From NCBI GenBank assembly GCA_043803225.1, contig JAZDKF010000012.1, forward strand, positions 54,143 to 118,142: a stretch of DNA of 64,000 nucleotides, given 5' to 3'. This document shows, piece by piece, positions 8,447 to 18,499 of this stretch. The notes beneath the pieces are model-generated. The model saw only the letters and a program-made list of their open reading frames with translations. It was not told the DNA's origin and made no database searches. The translations under genes were made by a program, and so were the position numbers. The DNA is from Candidatus Beckwithbacteria bacterium. GTDB lineage: Bacteria; Patescibacteriota; Microgenomatia; UBA1400; CG1-02-47-37. Every line of letters begins with the position of its first letter. Within the stretch, counting starts at the first letter, position 1.

Positions 8447-11400
8447 TTGCCGTTGAGACAAATATCCGCTAACATGAATACAATGCCCATCAAAGTTAAA
8501 TCAAAATCTAAAGTTAAAACCCATTCTCAGATTTCCCGCCAGCTGCCCTCGGCCTTGGTCGCCGGAGCCGCCGGTTTTATTGGCTCCCATCTTTGTGAGA
8601 CCCTTCTCTCTCAAAACTGCCAAGTCTATGCTATTGATAACTGGACCACGGCTAAGAAAAAAAACCTTGAGGCATTAATGGATAACGATCACTTTATTTT
8701 TATCGAACACAACCTGGAAAAATCCTTTGATGCCCCTGTTCCTAAAGTTGACTATATTTTTCACCTAGCCGGAGTCGAAGCTTATGTTAATGGTTTAGAT
8801 GTTAGTCTGGAAACCCTTTTAGTCAACTCACTTGGTACCAAAGAACTGTTGGAAATTGCTAAAGATCAGGGGGCAAAATTTCTGCTGGCCTCAACTGCTG
8901 ATATTTATTCCGGCCATCTCGCTTCAATCCAAAAAGACGAAACCTACTCGCATTATGAAGCCAAACGTTTTTCTGAAGCCATCACTTTTGAATATCTGGA
9001 TCGCTATCACCTTAATTCTCGGGTTGTCAGGCTCGGACTGGTTTACGGCCCGAGAATGGACTTGAGTTCAGGCAACGACATGGCTCAGTTGTTGCAGGCC
9101 GCCGCCAACAATCAACCATTAAAAATTTACGGCCAAGGCTTAACCACTCTTTACCCCACCCATATTAATGATGTTGTCTATGGCTTAACCAAAGCCATGT
9201 TTTCTCAAAGTTCCTCCGGTCACATTTATACCCTTATCGATCCGGAAAAAATTACCCTTTTAAACCTGGCTTATAAATTAAAGCAGCTTTTACCGGAAAA
9301 AAACTTAAAAGTCGAATTCGTCCCCGACTCTGATTCTGAAACCAATCTGGCTCTTGAATCAACCGCTTTAAGCTCTCAAACTGAACTGGGTTGGTCGCCA
9401 AAAGTTACCTTAGACCAAGGAATTTTATCCACCCTTAATTGGTTGAAAAACGGCAAAGTGCCAACCAAAACTAAACCAGAACCAGAAGCAACTGTTCCCG
9501 AACCAATTTATACTCCGGAAGAATTGGGGATTCAGCCTGCCAAAGCTCCGGAAATCTCGCTTCCGGTTGCTTCCCAACCCAAACTCAAACTTCTCAAATT
9601 TAAACTTAATCTGCCTAAATTTCCTAAATTCTCTTTGCCCAAGCCCAAGCTTTCTTTAAGACCAAGAAAACCCCAGCTGACCAAAAAAACAAAATTAATC
9701 CTTTTGAGCGCGGGCTTGTTATTTTTATATCTGCTTGCTCCTATAGTTTTACTCGTTTTTTCTTCTCTTGCCGGTGTTAAGCAGTTAAAAAGCCTTAGTC
9801 GTCAAATTGACTTTTCTCAAGTTGACCAACTCACTAAAACCACTGCCAAGGCTCAAAAAAACTTTACCTTAAGCCGTGAGTTACTGCGCCGCTCCCAATT
9901 TATATTATCTGTCTTTGGTTTAAAATCATTTAGTCAAAACCTTGACCAGTTATTATTTATTGCCAACAAGCTCAGCCAGGGCGCCGGTTATTTATTTTCC
10001 GCCGGCCAGTCGGGAACTGTCCTATCGCAAATTGTCTTTCACAATCAAGAGGGGAATCTGTCGCAGGCCTTAAAAGAAACTCGCCTTAGTCTGGACCAAG
10101 CCTACACCAACTTGTCTTTTGTTGATTCTGAGCTTCAGTCCGGCCGCGAACGCCAGTTGGACTTAACCGTCTCTCTGACCAAACAGCTGCAAAACTTAAC
10201 TGACAATCTCCCCCAAATCAGGCACAAAATTAATCAGGCGCGGACTCTTTTGCCCCTGATTCCCGGGTTTATTGCCCAGGATACTAAAAAAACCTATCTG
10301 GTTTTATTTCAAAATTCCGCCGAACTGCGCCCCACCGGCGGATTTATTGGCTCTTACGGCCTGCTGACCTTTGAAAAAGGCAAGCTTCTGGACTTTAACG
10401 TTCAGGATATCTATGAAGCCGACGGTCAGCTTAAAGGCTTTGTTGAACCCCCAAAGCCGATCACCCAGTTTTTTGGGAAAAACACCTGGTACTTTCGCGA
10501 TTCCAACTGGGATCCTGACTTTACTATCTCTGCCGCCCGCGCCGAATGGTTTTTGGGTAAAACCACCAATCGCAATGTTGATGGCGTTATTGCCATTAAT
10601 CTTCCGGCGGTTAAAGAATTATTGGCCGCCACCGGTCCGATTACTTTATCTGACTACAATGAAGAGGTGAGTAGTGACAATATTTTTGAACGCGCCGAGT
10701 ATCACTCAGAAATCGATTTTTTTCCCGGTTCTACCCAGAAAAAAGACTTTCTCGGCGCTCTGGCCAGGGAAATGTTTGACCGGCTGCAAAAATCATCAGC
10801 CTCAGATCTATTGAAACTGGCTCAAGCCCTGGAAACCTCGCTCAGCCAAAAACAAATTCTTCTTTACCTTCATGACACCGACAGTCAAAGACTGCTTTTA
10901 GAACAAAACTGGGCCGGCGCTCTTTACGCTCCACGCTTAGCCGCTGCCGACAACCGGCCGGTCACCAGCGACTATTCTTATCTGGTTGAAGCCAATTTAG
11001 GAATTAATAAAGCCAACTACTTTTTAAAACGGGAAATAGAACAGCAGTTAACTCTGCTTAAAAATCGGGAAATTTTATCCGTTACCACTATAAACTATCA
11101 GAACCAGAGCCCGGCCGACGCTTGGCCGGGTGGGGTTTACCGCTCCTATCTTCGCCACTATATCCCTTCAAACTCCATCCCTATCTCAGTCAAAGTTGGC
11201 GACACCAAGCTTGACCTTAAATCAGTTGACCAGACCATTATTAACGACAAGCTAATCTTGGGTTTTCCCATAACTGTTCCGGTCAAAAACTCGCTTTCAG
11301 TGGAAATTACTTACCGATTAAACCAGGCATTAAGCCTCACCGACCGTCAGGGCCGTTTAGCCGTGGTTATTCCCAAACAGCCTGGAACCATTGCCGATCT

Positions 11401-11542
11401 TTTAAAAGTAATTGTTAACTACCCCAGTTACTTATCAGTTGTCGCCGTATCTTCTCAGGGAATTGTTTCCCCTCAAGTCGTTACCCTTCAAACCGACTTA
11501 AGCCAGGACCGTCTTTTTACCATTGATTTTGTTGAACGCTGA
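8447..11542 (+). CDS. fusion protein: N-terminal NAD-dependent epimerase/dehydratase (extended SDR) - Pro/Lys-rich linker - TM helix - C-terminal DUF4012-like domain
   Basis: 1031 aa. Rossmann 'VAGAAGFIGSHLCETL' and 'LASTADIYSG'. Linker 'KPEPEATVPEP...LPKFPKFSLPKPKLSL'. TM 'LILLSAGLLFLYLLAPIVLLVF'. C-terminal block with 'ELRPTGGFIGSYG' typical of DUF4012. Confidence 0.7.
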   Translation: MPLRQISANMNTMPIKVKSKSKVKTHSQISRQLPSALVAGAAGFIGSHLCETLLSQNCQVYAIDNWTTAKKKNLEALMDNDHFIFIEHNLEKSFDAPVPKVDYIFHLAGVEAYVNGLDVSLETLLVNSLGTKELLEIAKDQGAKFLLASTADIYSGHLASIQKDETYSHYEAKRFSEAITFEYLDRYHLNSRVVRLGLVYGPRMDLSSGNDMAQLLQAAANNQPLKIYGQGLTTLYPTHINDVVYGLTKAMFSQSSSGHIYTLIDPEKITLLNLAYKLKQLLPEKNLKVEFVPDSDSETNLALESTALSSQTELGWSPKVTLDQGILSTLNWLKNGKVPTKTKPEPEATVPEPIYTPEELGIQPAKAPEISLPVASQPKLKLLKFKLNLPKFPKFSLPKPKLSLRPRKPQLTKKTKLILLSAGLLFLYLLAPIVLLVFSSLAGVKQLKSLSRQIDFSQVDQLTKTTAKAQKNFTLSRELLRRSQFILSVFGLKSFSQNLDQLLFIANKLSQGAGYLFSAGQSGTVLSQIVFHNQEGNLSQALKETRLSLDQAYTNLSFVDSELQSGRERQLDLTVSLTKQLQNLTDNLPQIRHKINQARTLLPLIPGFIAQDTKKTYLVLFQNSAELRPTGGFIGSYGLLTFEKGKLLDFNVQDIYEADGQLKGFVEPPKPITQFFGKNTWYFRDSNWDPDFTISAARAEWFLGKTTNRNVDGVIAINLPAVKELLAATGPITLSDYNEEVSSDNIFERAEYHSEIDFFPGSTQKKDFLGALAREMFDRLQKSSASDLLKLAQALETSLSQKQILLYLHDTDSQRLLLEQNWAGALYAPRLAAADNRPVTSDYSYLVEANLGINKANYFLKREIEQQLTLLKNREILSVTTINYQNQSPADAWPGGVYRSYLRHYIPSNSIPISVKVGDTKLDLKSVDQTIINDKLILGFPITVPVKNSLSVEITYRLNQALSLTDRQGRLAVVIPKQPGTIADLLKVIVNYPSYLSVVAVSSQGIVSPQVVTLQTDLSQDRLFTIDFVER

Positions 11543-11558
11543 TGCTACCATTCTCGTT

Positions 11559-12248
11559 ATGCCTGACAATCCAAAATTAAAAGTTGCCGCCAGAAACCTC
11601 ACCGGCCGAAAAGTTAAACAGCTTCGCCGCCAGGGGACTTTGCCGGCCAATCTTTATGGCAAGGGGATTAAGTCTGTTTCTATCCAACTCCCAATTAAAG
11701 ATTTTAACGCTGTTTTTGCCGTTGCCGGAGAAACCGGCATTATTGACCTTGCGGTTGCTAAAGAAACTAAAGTCAGACCGGTCTTAATTACCAATGTTCA
11801 TACTCATCCGGTGACTGATGAAATCATTCATGTTGATTTCCGCCAAGTTGATCTGACTAAGGCGATTATGGTTCACATTCCGGTTGAAATCATTGGTGAA
11901 TCTCCGGCCATCAGCAAAGGCGGAGTCTTAATTCAACTTATTAACGAAGTTGAAGTCGAAGCTCTGCCGGCCGATTTGCCGGAAAAATTTATTTTAGACG
12001 TTTCTCACTTAGAAGAAATTGGCCAGGGTTTAACTCTAAAAGACATCAAAGTTGATGCCAAAGTTAAACTCTTAGCCGAGAATCTGGAAGAGTTGGTAGT
12101 CAAGATTGAAAGCCCGACCAAAGAAGAGGAAGTCAAACCGGTTGAAGAAGTTCCCGTCGAAGGCGAAGCCATCCCTCCCGCTGAAGGCGAAAAACCAGCC
12201 GAAAAGAAAGAAGAACCAGCTAAACCCGTTAAAGAAGAGAAGAAATAA
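11559..12248 (+). CDS. rplY: 50S ribosomal protein L25 / general stress protein Ctc
   Basis: 'KLKVAARNLTGRKVKQLRRQGTLPANLYGKG' L25 N-terminus with acidic/Lys-rich C-tail. Start moved to ATG 11559, just after the upstream stop at 11540-11542. Confidence 0.85.
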   Translation: MPDNPKLKVAARNLTGRKVKQLRRQGTLPANLYGKGIKSVSIQLPIKDFNAVFAVAGETGIIDLAVAKETKVRPVLITNVHTHPVTDEIIHVDFRQVDLTKAIMVHIPVEIIGESPAISKGGVLIQLINEVEVEALPADLPEKFILDVSHLEEIGQGLTLKDIKVDAKVKLLAENLEELVVKIESPTKEEEVKPVEEVPVEGEAIPPAEGEKPAEKKEEPAKPVKEEKK

Positions 12249-12792
12249 TCTCTCCGACTTTTTGCACTTCTTGGTTATTCGGATCTAGATAATTAGCCTT
12301 TTCCCAATATAACTTAGCCTTATCATCGTTATACAAACTATAGTTTAATAAAGCTAATCTTAAATAAACATCCCGATACTCCGGTTTTGTCTCTAGAACC
12401 TTTTCCCATGACTCAATTTCCTGGCGGGTTTTCTCAAGTGAATTAACCGCTTCTTCGGCTTTTATTAAACTTGTTTTTGCCCGGTTTGATTTAATTATTA
12501 ATAGTTTATTTGCCAGCCGCAGCTCTTCTAGGGCCTTTTCCTCCCCGCCGCTATTAAACCATGCCAAAGCCATTTGGCTGTGGCTGGTCGACGACCAGGG
12601 CCACCAAGCCGCTCGTTCTTGAGCCTTATAGTTTTGATTCACCGGCCAAAAACAGCCGATTAGCAACAAGCCGATTAAACCGGTTAATACCTGCCAAAAC
12701 TTTATTTTTTTCACTAGGGGATTTACCAGCGGTTTTACCGGCCGATAAACCCTCTTTGACAGGAGTTTAATATATCGAATTAACTTGGCCAT
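12229..12792 (-). CDS. TPR-repeat membrane-anchored protein
   Basis: 187 aa, N-terminal TM 'VLTGLIGLLLIGCFW', TPR-like helices. Confidence 0.5.
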   Translation of the reverse strand: MAKLIRYIKLLSKRVYRPVKPLVNPLVKKIKFWQVLTGLIGLLLIGCFWPVNQNYKAQERAAWWPWSSTSHSQMALAWFNSGGEEKALEELRLANKLLIIKSNRAKTSLIKAEEAVNSLEKTRQEIESWEKVLETKPEYRDVYLRLALLNYSLYNDDKAKLYWEKANYLDPNNQEVQKVGEIISSLL

Positions 12793-14909
12793 TTGGCTGT
12801 AATCAATAACTTTTCTTTATTTTCCGCTAGCTGCTGCCAAACCGCTTCAGTCACAAACGGCACAAACGGATGTAGGAGTTTTAAAAATATTCTCAAGCCT
12901 TCAAGCATGGTTGCCCGGGAAATCTTTCCCTCTTTTGCCTCTTCAATTTTCTGATCGCAAAACCAATGCCAAAATTCGTTATAAACTGTTTCTGCCGCCA
13001 ACCCTAATTGATAATTTTCTAAATACTTCGTAACTTTATTAACGATTTCTTGGAGCTCTTTTCCCAGCGTCTGCTTACCCTGATTATCCGTCATATTAAT
13101 TACAAACCTTGCCGCATTCCAGATTTTATTAGTGAAATTCCTCATCCCTCTAACCTTGTCTTCTGACAAAATTACTTTTGAACTAGCACTTGTTCCAAAC
13201 AACAAGCTAATTCTAAACGCATCCACTCCGTATTTATCTGCTAGCTCAATTGGATTAATTACATTCCCTTTGCTCTTGCTCATTTTTTGCCCCTTAGCGT
13301 CTGCCACCATTGACCACAAATATACGTCTGTAAAAGGCACTTCCTTTTTCAAATACAGCGAAAACATCATCATTCTCGACACCCAAAATTTTAAAATGTC
13401 TGACAAGGTTCCCATTACGTCTGTTGGCAAAGTAGAGGCCGTTACCAATGGCCATTGGCCTGAAGAAAACCAGGTATCGAAAGTATCGGTTTCCTGTAAA
13501 TATTCTTTCCCGGGCTTTCCTTGGCTGATTAAATACTTTGCTTTGTTCATCGCTGTTAATGTTTGCAGGCCAGACTCAATTTCTGTCAAGGAAAATTGTT
13601 TTAATAAATCGCTGACTTTGCCGCTAGTTGACTTCTTATCTTTAGTTAAAAAAACCACATTTAAATCAGGGTTGTCTTTAACCGAATACCACACCGGAAT
13701 TCTGATGCCCCAGCAAATCTGCCGGCTGATCGGCCAGTCATGCATCATTTCCATCCAAGTCAAAATCTGTTTTTTAAATCTTGAGGGATAAAACTTGGTC
13801 TTATTGGCGTTTATTGCTTTTATTACCGCTGGCTTTAACGGCCCGACTTTTATAAACCAGTTGGGGATTATGGTTGGTTCTAAATCTCGCCCGCATTTAT
13901 AACAAACCGTTACTGTGTGCAAATAGTTATCATCAACCTTAACTAATAGCCCGGCTTTTTTTAAATCCTCAACCACGATTTCTCTGGCTTTATTTACTTT
14001 TAAACCCGTATACTTGCCTGCCAATTCAGTCAGTCGGCCGTTAATATCTATTGTTTTTTTTATTTCCAAATTATGTCTTTTACCAATTTCAAAATCATTC
14101 GGGTCATGAGCTGGCGTAATTTTGACTACGCCAGTACCAAACTCTCGATCAACATAATCATCAGCAATTACTTTTAACTTAAATTTTCCTAACAGTCCTT
14201 CCACCTCAATTTCTTTACCCACCCATTGACCGTACCGTTTGTCTTTAGGATGAACCGCTACGGCTGTATCTCCAAACTTAGTTTCCGGCCTGACCGTAGC
14301 TAAAACAAATGGTCCGTACTTGATGTAATACAACGGATCAATTCTTTCCAAGTGTTTTATTTCCAACTCAGCCAGAGAAGTACCGCAGTGGGTGCAGTAA
14401 TTCACCATATAATCGCCTCGGTAAACCAAATTTTCTTTCTCCATTTTCTTAAAGGTATTAAAAACTTGGATCACGACTTTTTTATCCAAAGAAAAAACAC
14501 TTTTCCCCCAATCTGCCGAAAATCCCAATCTTTTAAACTGTTCATAAATCAAACCCGAGTTTTTTTTAACAAACTTAAAAATGTTTTTATACAAAGTCTG
14601 TCGATCAAAATCCATCCTTGACTGACCTTGTTTAGCTAACTCTTTTTCATAAACAAATTGGGTTTCAAATCCGGCATGATCTGTTCCTGGCAGCCACTCA
14701 GCCGCAAACCCTTGCATTCTTTTCCAGCGGATTAACACATCATCGACCGTGTACATGCCGTGGCCGGCGTGCAGCGATGCATTCGCGTTTGGCGGCGGCA
14801 TGATAATTGTGTAGGGTTTTCCTTCTCCCGTCGGTTGAAACGCTCCCGATTTTTCCCACAGCTGATAAATCTTGTCTTCAAATTGGCCTGGCTGATACTG
14901 TTTATCCAT
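12780..14909 (-). CDS. valS: valyl-tRNA synthetase (reduced-length class I aaRS)
   Basis: HIGH region 'PPPNANASLHAGH' (ValRS-type PPPNxTGxLHxGH), KMSKS 'KMSKSKGNVI', editing/CP region present. 709 aa. Confidence 0.7.
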   Translation of the reverse strand: MDKQYQPGQFEDKIYQLWEKSGAFQPTGEGKPYTIIMPPPNANASLHAGHGMYTVDDVLIRWKRMQGFAAEWLPGTDHAGFETQFVYEKELAKQGQSRMDFDRQTLYKNIFKFVKKNSGLIYEQFKRLGFSADWGKSVFSLDKKVVIQVFNTFKKMEKENLVYRGDYMVNYCTHCGTSLAELEIKHLERIDPLYYIKYGPFVLATVRPETKFGDTAVAVHPKDKRYGQWVGKEIEVEGLLGKFKLKVIADDYVDREFGTGVVKITPAHDPNDFEIGKRHNLEIKKTIDINGRLTELAGKYTGLKVNKAREIVVEDLKKAGLLVKVDDNYLHTVTVCYKCGRDLEPTIIPNWFIKVGPLKPAVIKAINANKTKFYPSRFKKQILTWMEMMHDWPISRQICWGIRIPVWYSVKDNPDLNVVFLTKDKKSTSGKVSDLLKQFSLTEIESGLQTLTAMNKAKYLISQGKPGKEYLQETDTFDTWFSSGQWPLVTASTLPTDVMGTLSDILKFWVSRMMMFSLYLKKEVPFTDVYLWSMVADAKGQKMSKSKGNVINPIELADKYGVDAFRISLLFGTSASSKVILSEDKVRGMRNFTNKIWNAARFVINMTDNQGKQTLGKELQEIVNKVTKYLENYQLGLAAETVYNEFWHWFCDQKIEEAKEGKISRATMLEGLRIFLKLLHPFVPFVTEAVWQQLAENKEKLLITAKWPS

Positions 14910-14952
14910 GATCAGATTTTATCACAGCTCAACCTCGAACCCCCAACCTTAA

Positions 14953-15468
14953 TTAAATTTCCTTAAACATTTCCACTTGTTTAGTTGTATATCCACCCCT
15001 TTTATAAAACTCGATAGTTTTTGGATTACTAGCTGAAACCTCCACCATGAAATGTGTCACCCCCTGTTGTTTTAATTTTTCTTCTGCCTTTTTCATTAAT
15101 TGTTCACCAAAACCTTTTCCTCTTTCAACTTCAGTAATAAATAAATCAACCACTTCACCATAATCTTTAATAAGTGTCCCGGACCTAGCAATTCCTGGAC
15201 TCCTAGATACTTTTTCAAAAGTAATAAAGCCTACAGGTTTACTCTGATTTTCCGCAAGTAAAATTTGTAAACTCCCTTTCTCAATTGCCGCATCAAAATA
15301 TTTTTGGGCATTCATTAAAACCTCATCACTGGTTGGCTCATAATAGTCAGGATCAAGGTTTAAATGATAATTGTGTTGCTCTCTCCAAAGATTTACTAGA
15401 GTCTGGACATCTTTTCTTTCTGCCTCTCGGATTAAAATCTTACTTTTGGGCAATTCTTCTAAAGTCAT
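14953..15468 (-). CDS. GNAT family N-acetyltransferase
   Basis: 171 aa with acetyl-CoA binding 'RGKGFGEQLMKKAE' motif. Confidence 0.7.
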   Translation of the reverse strand: MTLEELPKSKILIREAERKDVQTLVNLWREQHNYHLNLDPDYYEPTSDEVLMNAQKYFDAAIEKGSLQILLAENQSKPVGFITFEKVSRSPGIARSGTLIKDYGEVVDLFITEVERGKGFGEQLMKKAEEKLKQQGVTHFMVEVSASNPKTIEFYKRGGYTTKQVEMFKEI

Positions 15469-16419
15469 CTATTTAACCTGATTAGTTACTTTACCCTTAA
15501 GAAAATTCTCCAAGTTTCCTACAAAAATTCCTTTTTTCAACGCTGTTGCCTCCTGAGTGGTATAGCCCAGCGGGGGATAAATCACGCAATTTTTATAGCC
15601 CTTAACTAAGCTTAATTGTTCTTTAGTCATTTCATCAGAATGATCCAGAATAAAATGTAAATCTTTATTTTTTAATCTTAACGTCAAGGCCTTTAAGTCA
15701 ATTAATTCCATCGGACTGGTATTGACCAATAACGTACCTTTTTTAATTAATTTAACCCGCTCTTTATTTAGGAAATTATTAGTTTGCGGATTAAGCGAAA
15801 GATTAAGAGTAATGATTTCCGATGATTTCAATAATTCATTAATAGTTTTATATTTAATCCCCATTTTTTCTAATCTCTTTTTTCTATTTCGCGACCAGTA
15901 TGAGACATTTGCTCCGAACGCTTTGGCAATTTCTGCCACCCGCGCGCCGATATTGCCCAATCCAATTACGCCAAAATTTTTACCCTTAATTTCTCTGCCG
16001 GTAAAAAAAGTTGCTTCCGAATAATCGGCTTTTTTAGCTTGTTGTTTTGCTCTCTCAAGTTCTCTTAAATAATCGATAATTGCACCAAAGGCGAACTCAG
16101 TCACGCCTTCAGTAGCATAATCTGTAATATTACAAATTGTAATCTTTTTCTTTTTAGCATAAGCCAAATCGATTCCGCCCACTCCAGTTCCTAACATGCC
16201 AATATATTTAAGTTGTGGCGCTTGATTTATTATTTCTTTACCAATTTTTGCTCCCAGCTTGACCAATAAACAATCTGTATCCCAAAGTTGTTTCTTCAGA
16301 TTTTTATCATCTGCAGCTAAAATAATTTTTTCTTCGCACAGCCTATCAATTCGATTCCAATATGATTTTTCCAGCTCTTTACCGGTGTAGTTTAAAAGTA
16401 AAATTTTTTTAAACTTCAT
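15469..16419 (-). CDS. D-isomer-specific 2-hydroxyacid dehydrogenase (NAD-binding)
   Basis: 'GVIGLGNIGARVAEIAKAFGANV' NAD motif, catalytic-domain blocks. Start set to MKFKK (ATG complement at 16417-16419) to avoid overlap with ruvC. Confidence 0.75.
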   Translation of the reverse strand: MKFKKILLLNYTGKELEKSYWNRIDRLCEEKIILAADDKNLKKQLWDTDCLLVKLGAKIGKEIINQAPQLKYIGMLGTGVGGIDLAYAKKKKITICNITDYATEGVTEFAFGAIIDYLRELERAKQQAKKADYSEATFFTGREIKGKNFGVIGLGNIGARVAEIAKAFGANVSYWSRNRKKRLEKMGIKYKTINELLKSSEIITLNLSLNPQTNNFLNKERVKLIKKGTLLVNTSPMELIDLKALTLRLKNKDLHFILDHSDEMTKEQLSLVKGYKNCVIYPPLGYTTQEATALKKGIFVGNLENFLKGKVTNQVK

Positions 16420-16449
16420 TGTTTGTATTTTACCACTTATAATTACCTT

Positions 16450-16938
16450 ATGCTTATTCTTGGTGTTGATCCTGGTACTGCCCGTTTGGGTTGGGGAATA
16501 GTAGTTGATAAAAACCACCAGCAGAAGGCTGGGGACTATGGCTGTCTGGAAACTAAAAAAACCCTGCCCGAATCCAAACGCCTACTGACTTTGTTTACCG
16601 GCCTTACCCAGCTTTGCCGTCGCCTCCGGCCAGACGCCGTCGCCGTTGAAGATTTATTTTTCTTTAAAAACCATAAAACTGTAATTAAAGTTAGCCAGGC
16701 TAGGGGAGTTGTCTTAGTCGTTGCTGAGCTATTAAATTTGCCGGTTTTTTCCTACACCCCGCTTCAGATCAAACAAGCCGTTACCGGTTACGGCCGGGCA
16801 GAAAAAATCCAGGTTCAGCAAATGGTTAAAAGTATTTTAAATCTAACTGCCATTCCCCGGCCTGATGATGCCGCCGATGCTTTAGCTGTCGCCTTGACCC
16901 ATGCTTTTTCCAGCCGAATGAAATCCAAACTTGGATAA
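16450..16938 (+). CDS. ruvC: Holliday junction resolvase RuvC
   Basis: 'MLILGVDPGTARLGWGIV', C-terminal 'DDAADALAVALTHA'. ruvC-ruvA-ruvB synteny. Confidence 0.85.
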   Translation: MLILGVDPGTARLGWGIVVDKNHQQKAGDYGCLETKKTLPESKRLLTLFTGLTQLCRRLRPDAVAVEDLFFFKNHKTVIKVSQARGVVLVVAELLNLPVFSYTPLQIKQAVTGYGRAEKIQVQQMVKSILNLTAIPRPDDAADALAVALTHAFSSRMKSKLG

Positions 16939-16952
16939 GCTATACTAGATTT

Positions 16953-17516
16953 ATGATTGCCAAGCTGACTGGTAAGCCGGAAATTTTAACCAAGGATTCC
17001 CTTATTCTCGATGTTAACAATGTTGGTTATAAAGTCTTTTTTAACCATAAGCCCGGCCAGCCCTTACCCACAGTTTTATACATTCACACTCACGTTAAAG
17101 ACGACGCTTTCGACCTTTACGGTTTTGTCTCCAAAGACGAACTTCAACTATTTAAACTCATGATTAGCATTTCCGGCATTGGTCCGAAAACTGCTATTAA
17201 TATTATGGATAAAGGCGTTTCGGCCATTACCCAAGCTGTTTCCAAAGGCGATGTGGACTTTTTTACTACCGTGCCCCGTCTGGGTCGGAAAAACGCTCAA
17301 AAACTCATCATCGAGCTTAAACCTAAACTGGGCAGTCTTACTGAACTGGATTTATCCTCAGACTCGTCTGACACCCAAGAAGTCTTAACCGCCTTAACCG
17401 GACTGGGTTTTTCCCGCGCTGAAGCCCGCCGGGCTTTAAATCAGATTACCGAGCCCAACCAAACCATTGATGTAAAGATTTCCTTGGCACTTAAATATTT
17501 GGGACAAAAAGCATGA
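16953..17516 (+). CDS. ruvA: Holliday junction branch migration protein RuvA
   Basis: 187 aa, 'MIAKLTGK...' OB fold plus HhH 'GIGPKTAINI'. Confidence 0.85.
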   Translation: MIAKLTGKPEILTKDSLILDVNNVGYKVFFNHKPGQPLPTVLYIHTHVKDDAFDLYGFVSKDELQLFKLMISISGIGPKTAINIMDKGVSAITQAVSKGDVDFFTTVPRLGRKNAQKLIIELKPKLGSLTELDLSSDSSDTQEVLTALTGLGFSRAEARRALNQITEPNQTIDVKISLALKYLGQKA

Positions 17517-18499
17517 AACCAATTTTAATACCTAATTTAAGAGTTGATGCCTGGGATGATTTTATCGGCCAGCCCAAAATAAAAAAAGCTTTAAAAGTCA
17601 CTTTAGCTGCTGCTAAAAAAAGAAAAGAAGCCGTGGAACATATCCTGCTTTACGGCCCTCCGGGACTGGGCAAAACCACCCTGGCTCATCTGATTGCCAA
17701 GGAATTAAAAGTCAACCTGCGCGCTTCATCCGGCCCGGCCATGGAACGAGCCGGCGACCTGGCTTCGATTTTAACTAACCTTAATTCCGGCGACATTTTT
17801 TTTATTGACGAAATCCACCGCTTGCCTAAAATCGTTGAAGAAACTCTTTATCCGGCCATGGAGGATTATCACTTGGATATTATCGTCGGCCAGGGCCCTT
17901 CCGCCCGGACTTTAAAACTCGATCTGCCCAAATTTACTCTTATCGGCGCCACCACTAAAATCGGGTCGATTGCCGCGCCTTTGCGCGATCGCTTTGGCAT
18001 TGTCCACCGCTTGACTTTTTATACACCCGAAGACTTAATGCAGGTTTTAACCACCGCCAGCCAGAAGTTAAAGATTAACCTGGAATCGGCCGTCGCCAAC
18101 CAGCTGGCCCGCCGCTCCCGCGGCACTCCCCGGATTGCCTTAAAGCTCTTAAAGCGCTGCCGCGACCTGGCCCAAATTCGCGGCCAAGCGGGGATTAGTC
18201 AGGCTGTTTTGACAGAATCCCTGGATTTATTAGAAGTTGACGATATGGGTCTGGATGCCAACGATCGCCGTTTGTTAAAGGCCTTAATTGACAAACACCA
18301 AGGTGGCCCCATCGGTCTGGATACTTTGGCTGCCACTATTGCCGAAGACAAAGACACCATTGAAGAGGTGATTGAGCCGTATTTATTGCAGCTGGGATTT
18401 TTAAAGCGCACTTCCCGCGGCCGTTATGCTACTCCCAAGGCCTACGCCCACTTTAATAAAAAGCCGCCCCTTTCCCTTTCCCAGCAAAAACTTATTTAA
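17513..18499 (+). CDS. ruvB: Holliday junction ATP-dependent helicase RuvB
   Basis: 328 aa, 'LLYGPPGLGKTTLAHLIA', sensor motifs. Confidence 0.95.
   Translation: MKPILIPNLRVDAWDDFIGQPKIKKALKVTLAAAKKRKEAVEHILLYGPPGLGKTTLAHLIAKELKVNLRASSGPAMERAGDLASILTNLNSGDIFFIDEIHRLPKIVEETLYPAMEDYHLDIIVGQGPSARTLKLDLPKFTLIGATTKIGSIAAPLRDRFGIVHRLTFYTPEDLMQVLTTASQKLKINLESAVANQLARRSRGTPRIALKLLKRCRDLAQIRGQAGISQAVLTESLDLLEVDDMGLDANDRRLLKALIDKHQGGPIGLDTLAATIAEDKDTIEEVIEPYLLQLGFLKRTSRGRYATPKAYAHFNKKPPLSLSQQKLI

Noticed and set aside
10371-10670. Internal ORFs within the 1031-aa fusion gene
   Set aside because: Alternate frames of a long, conserved reading frame.
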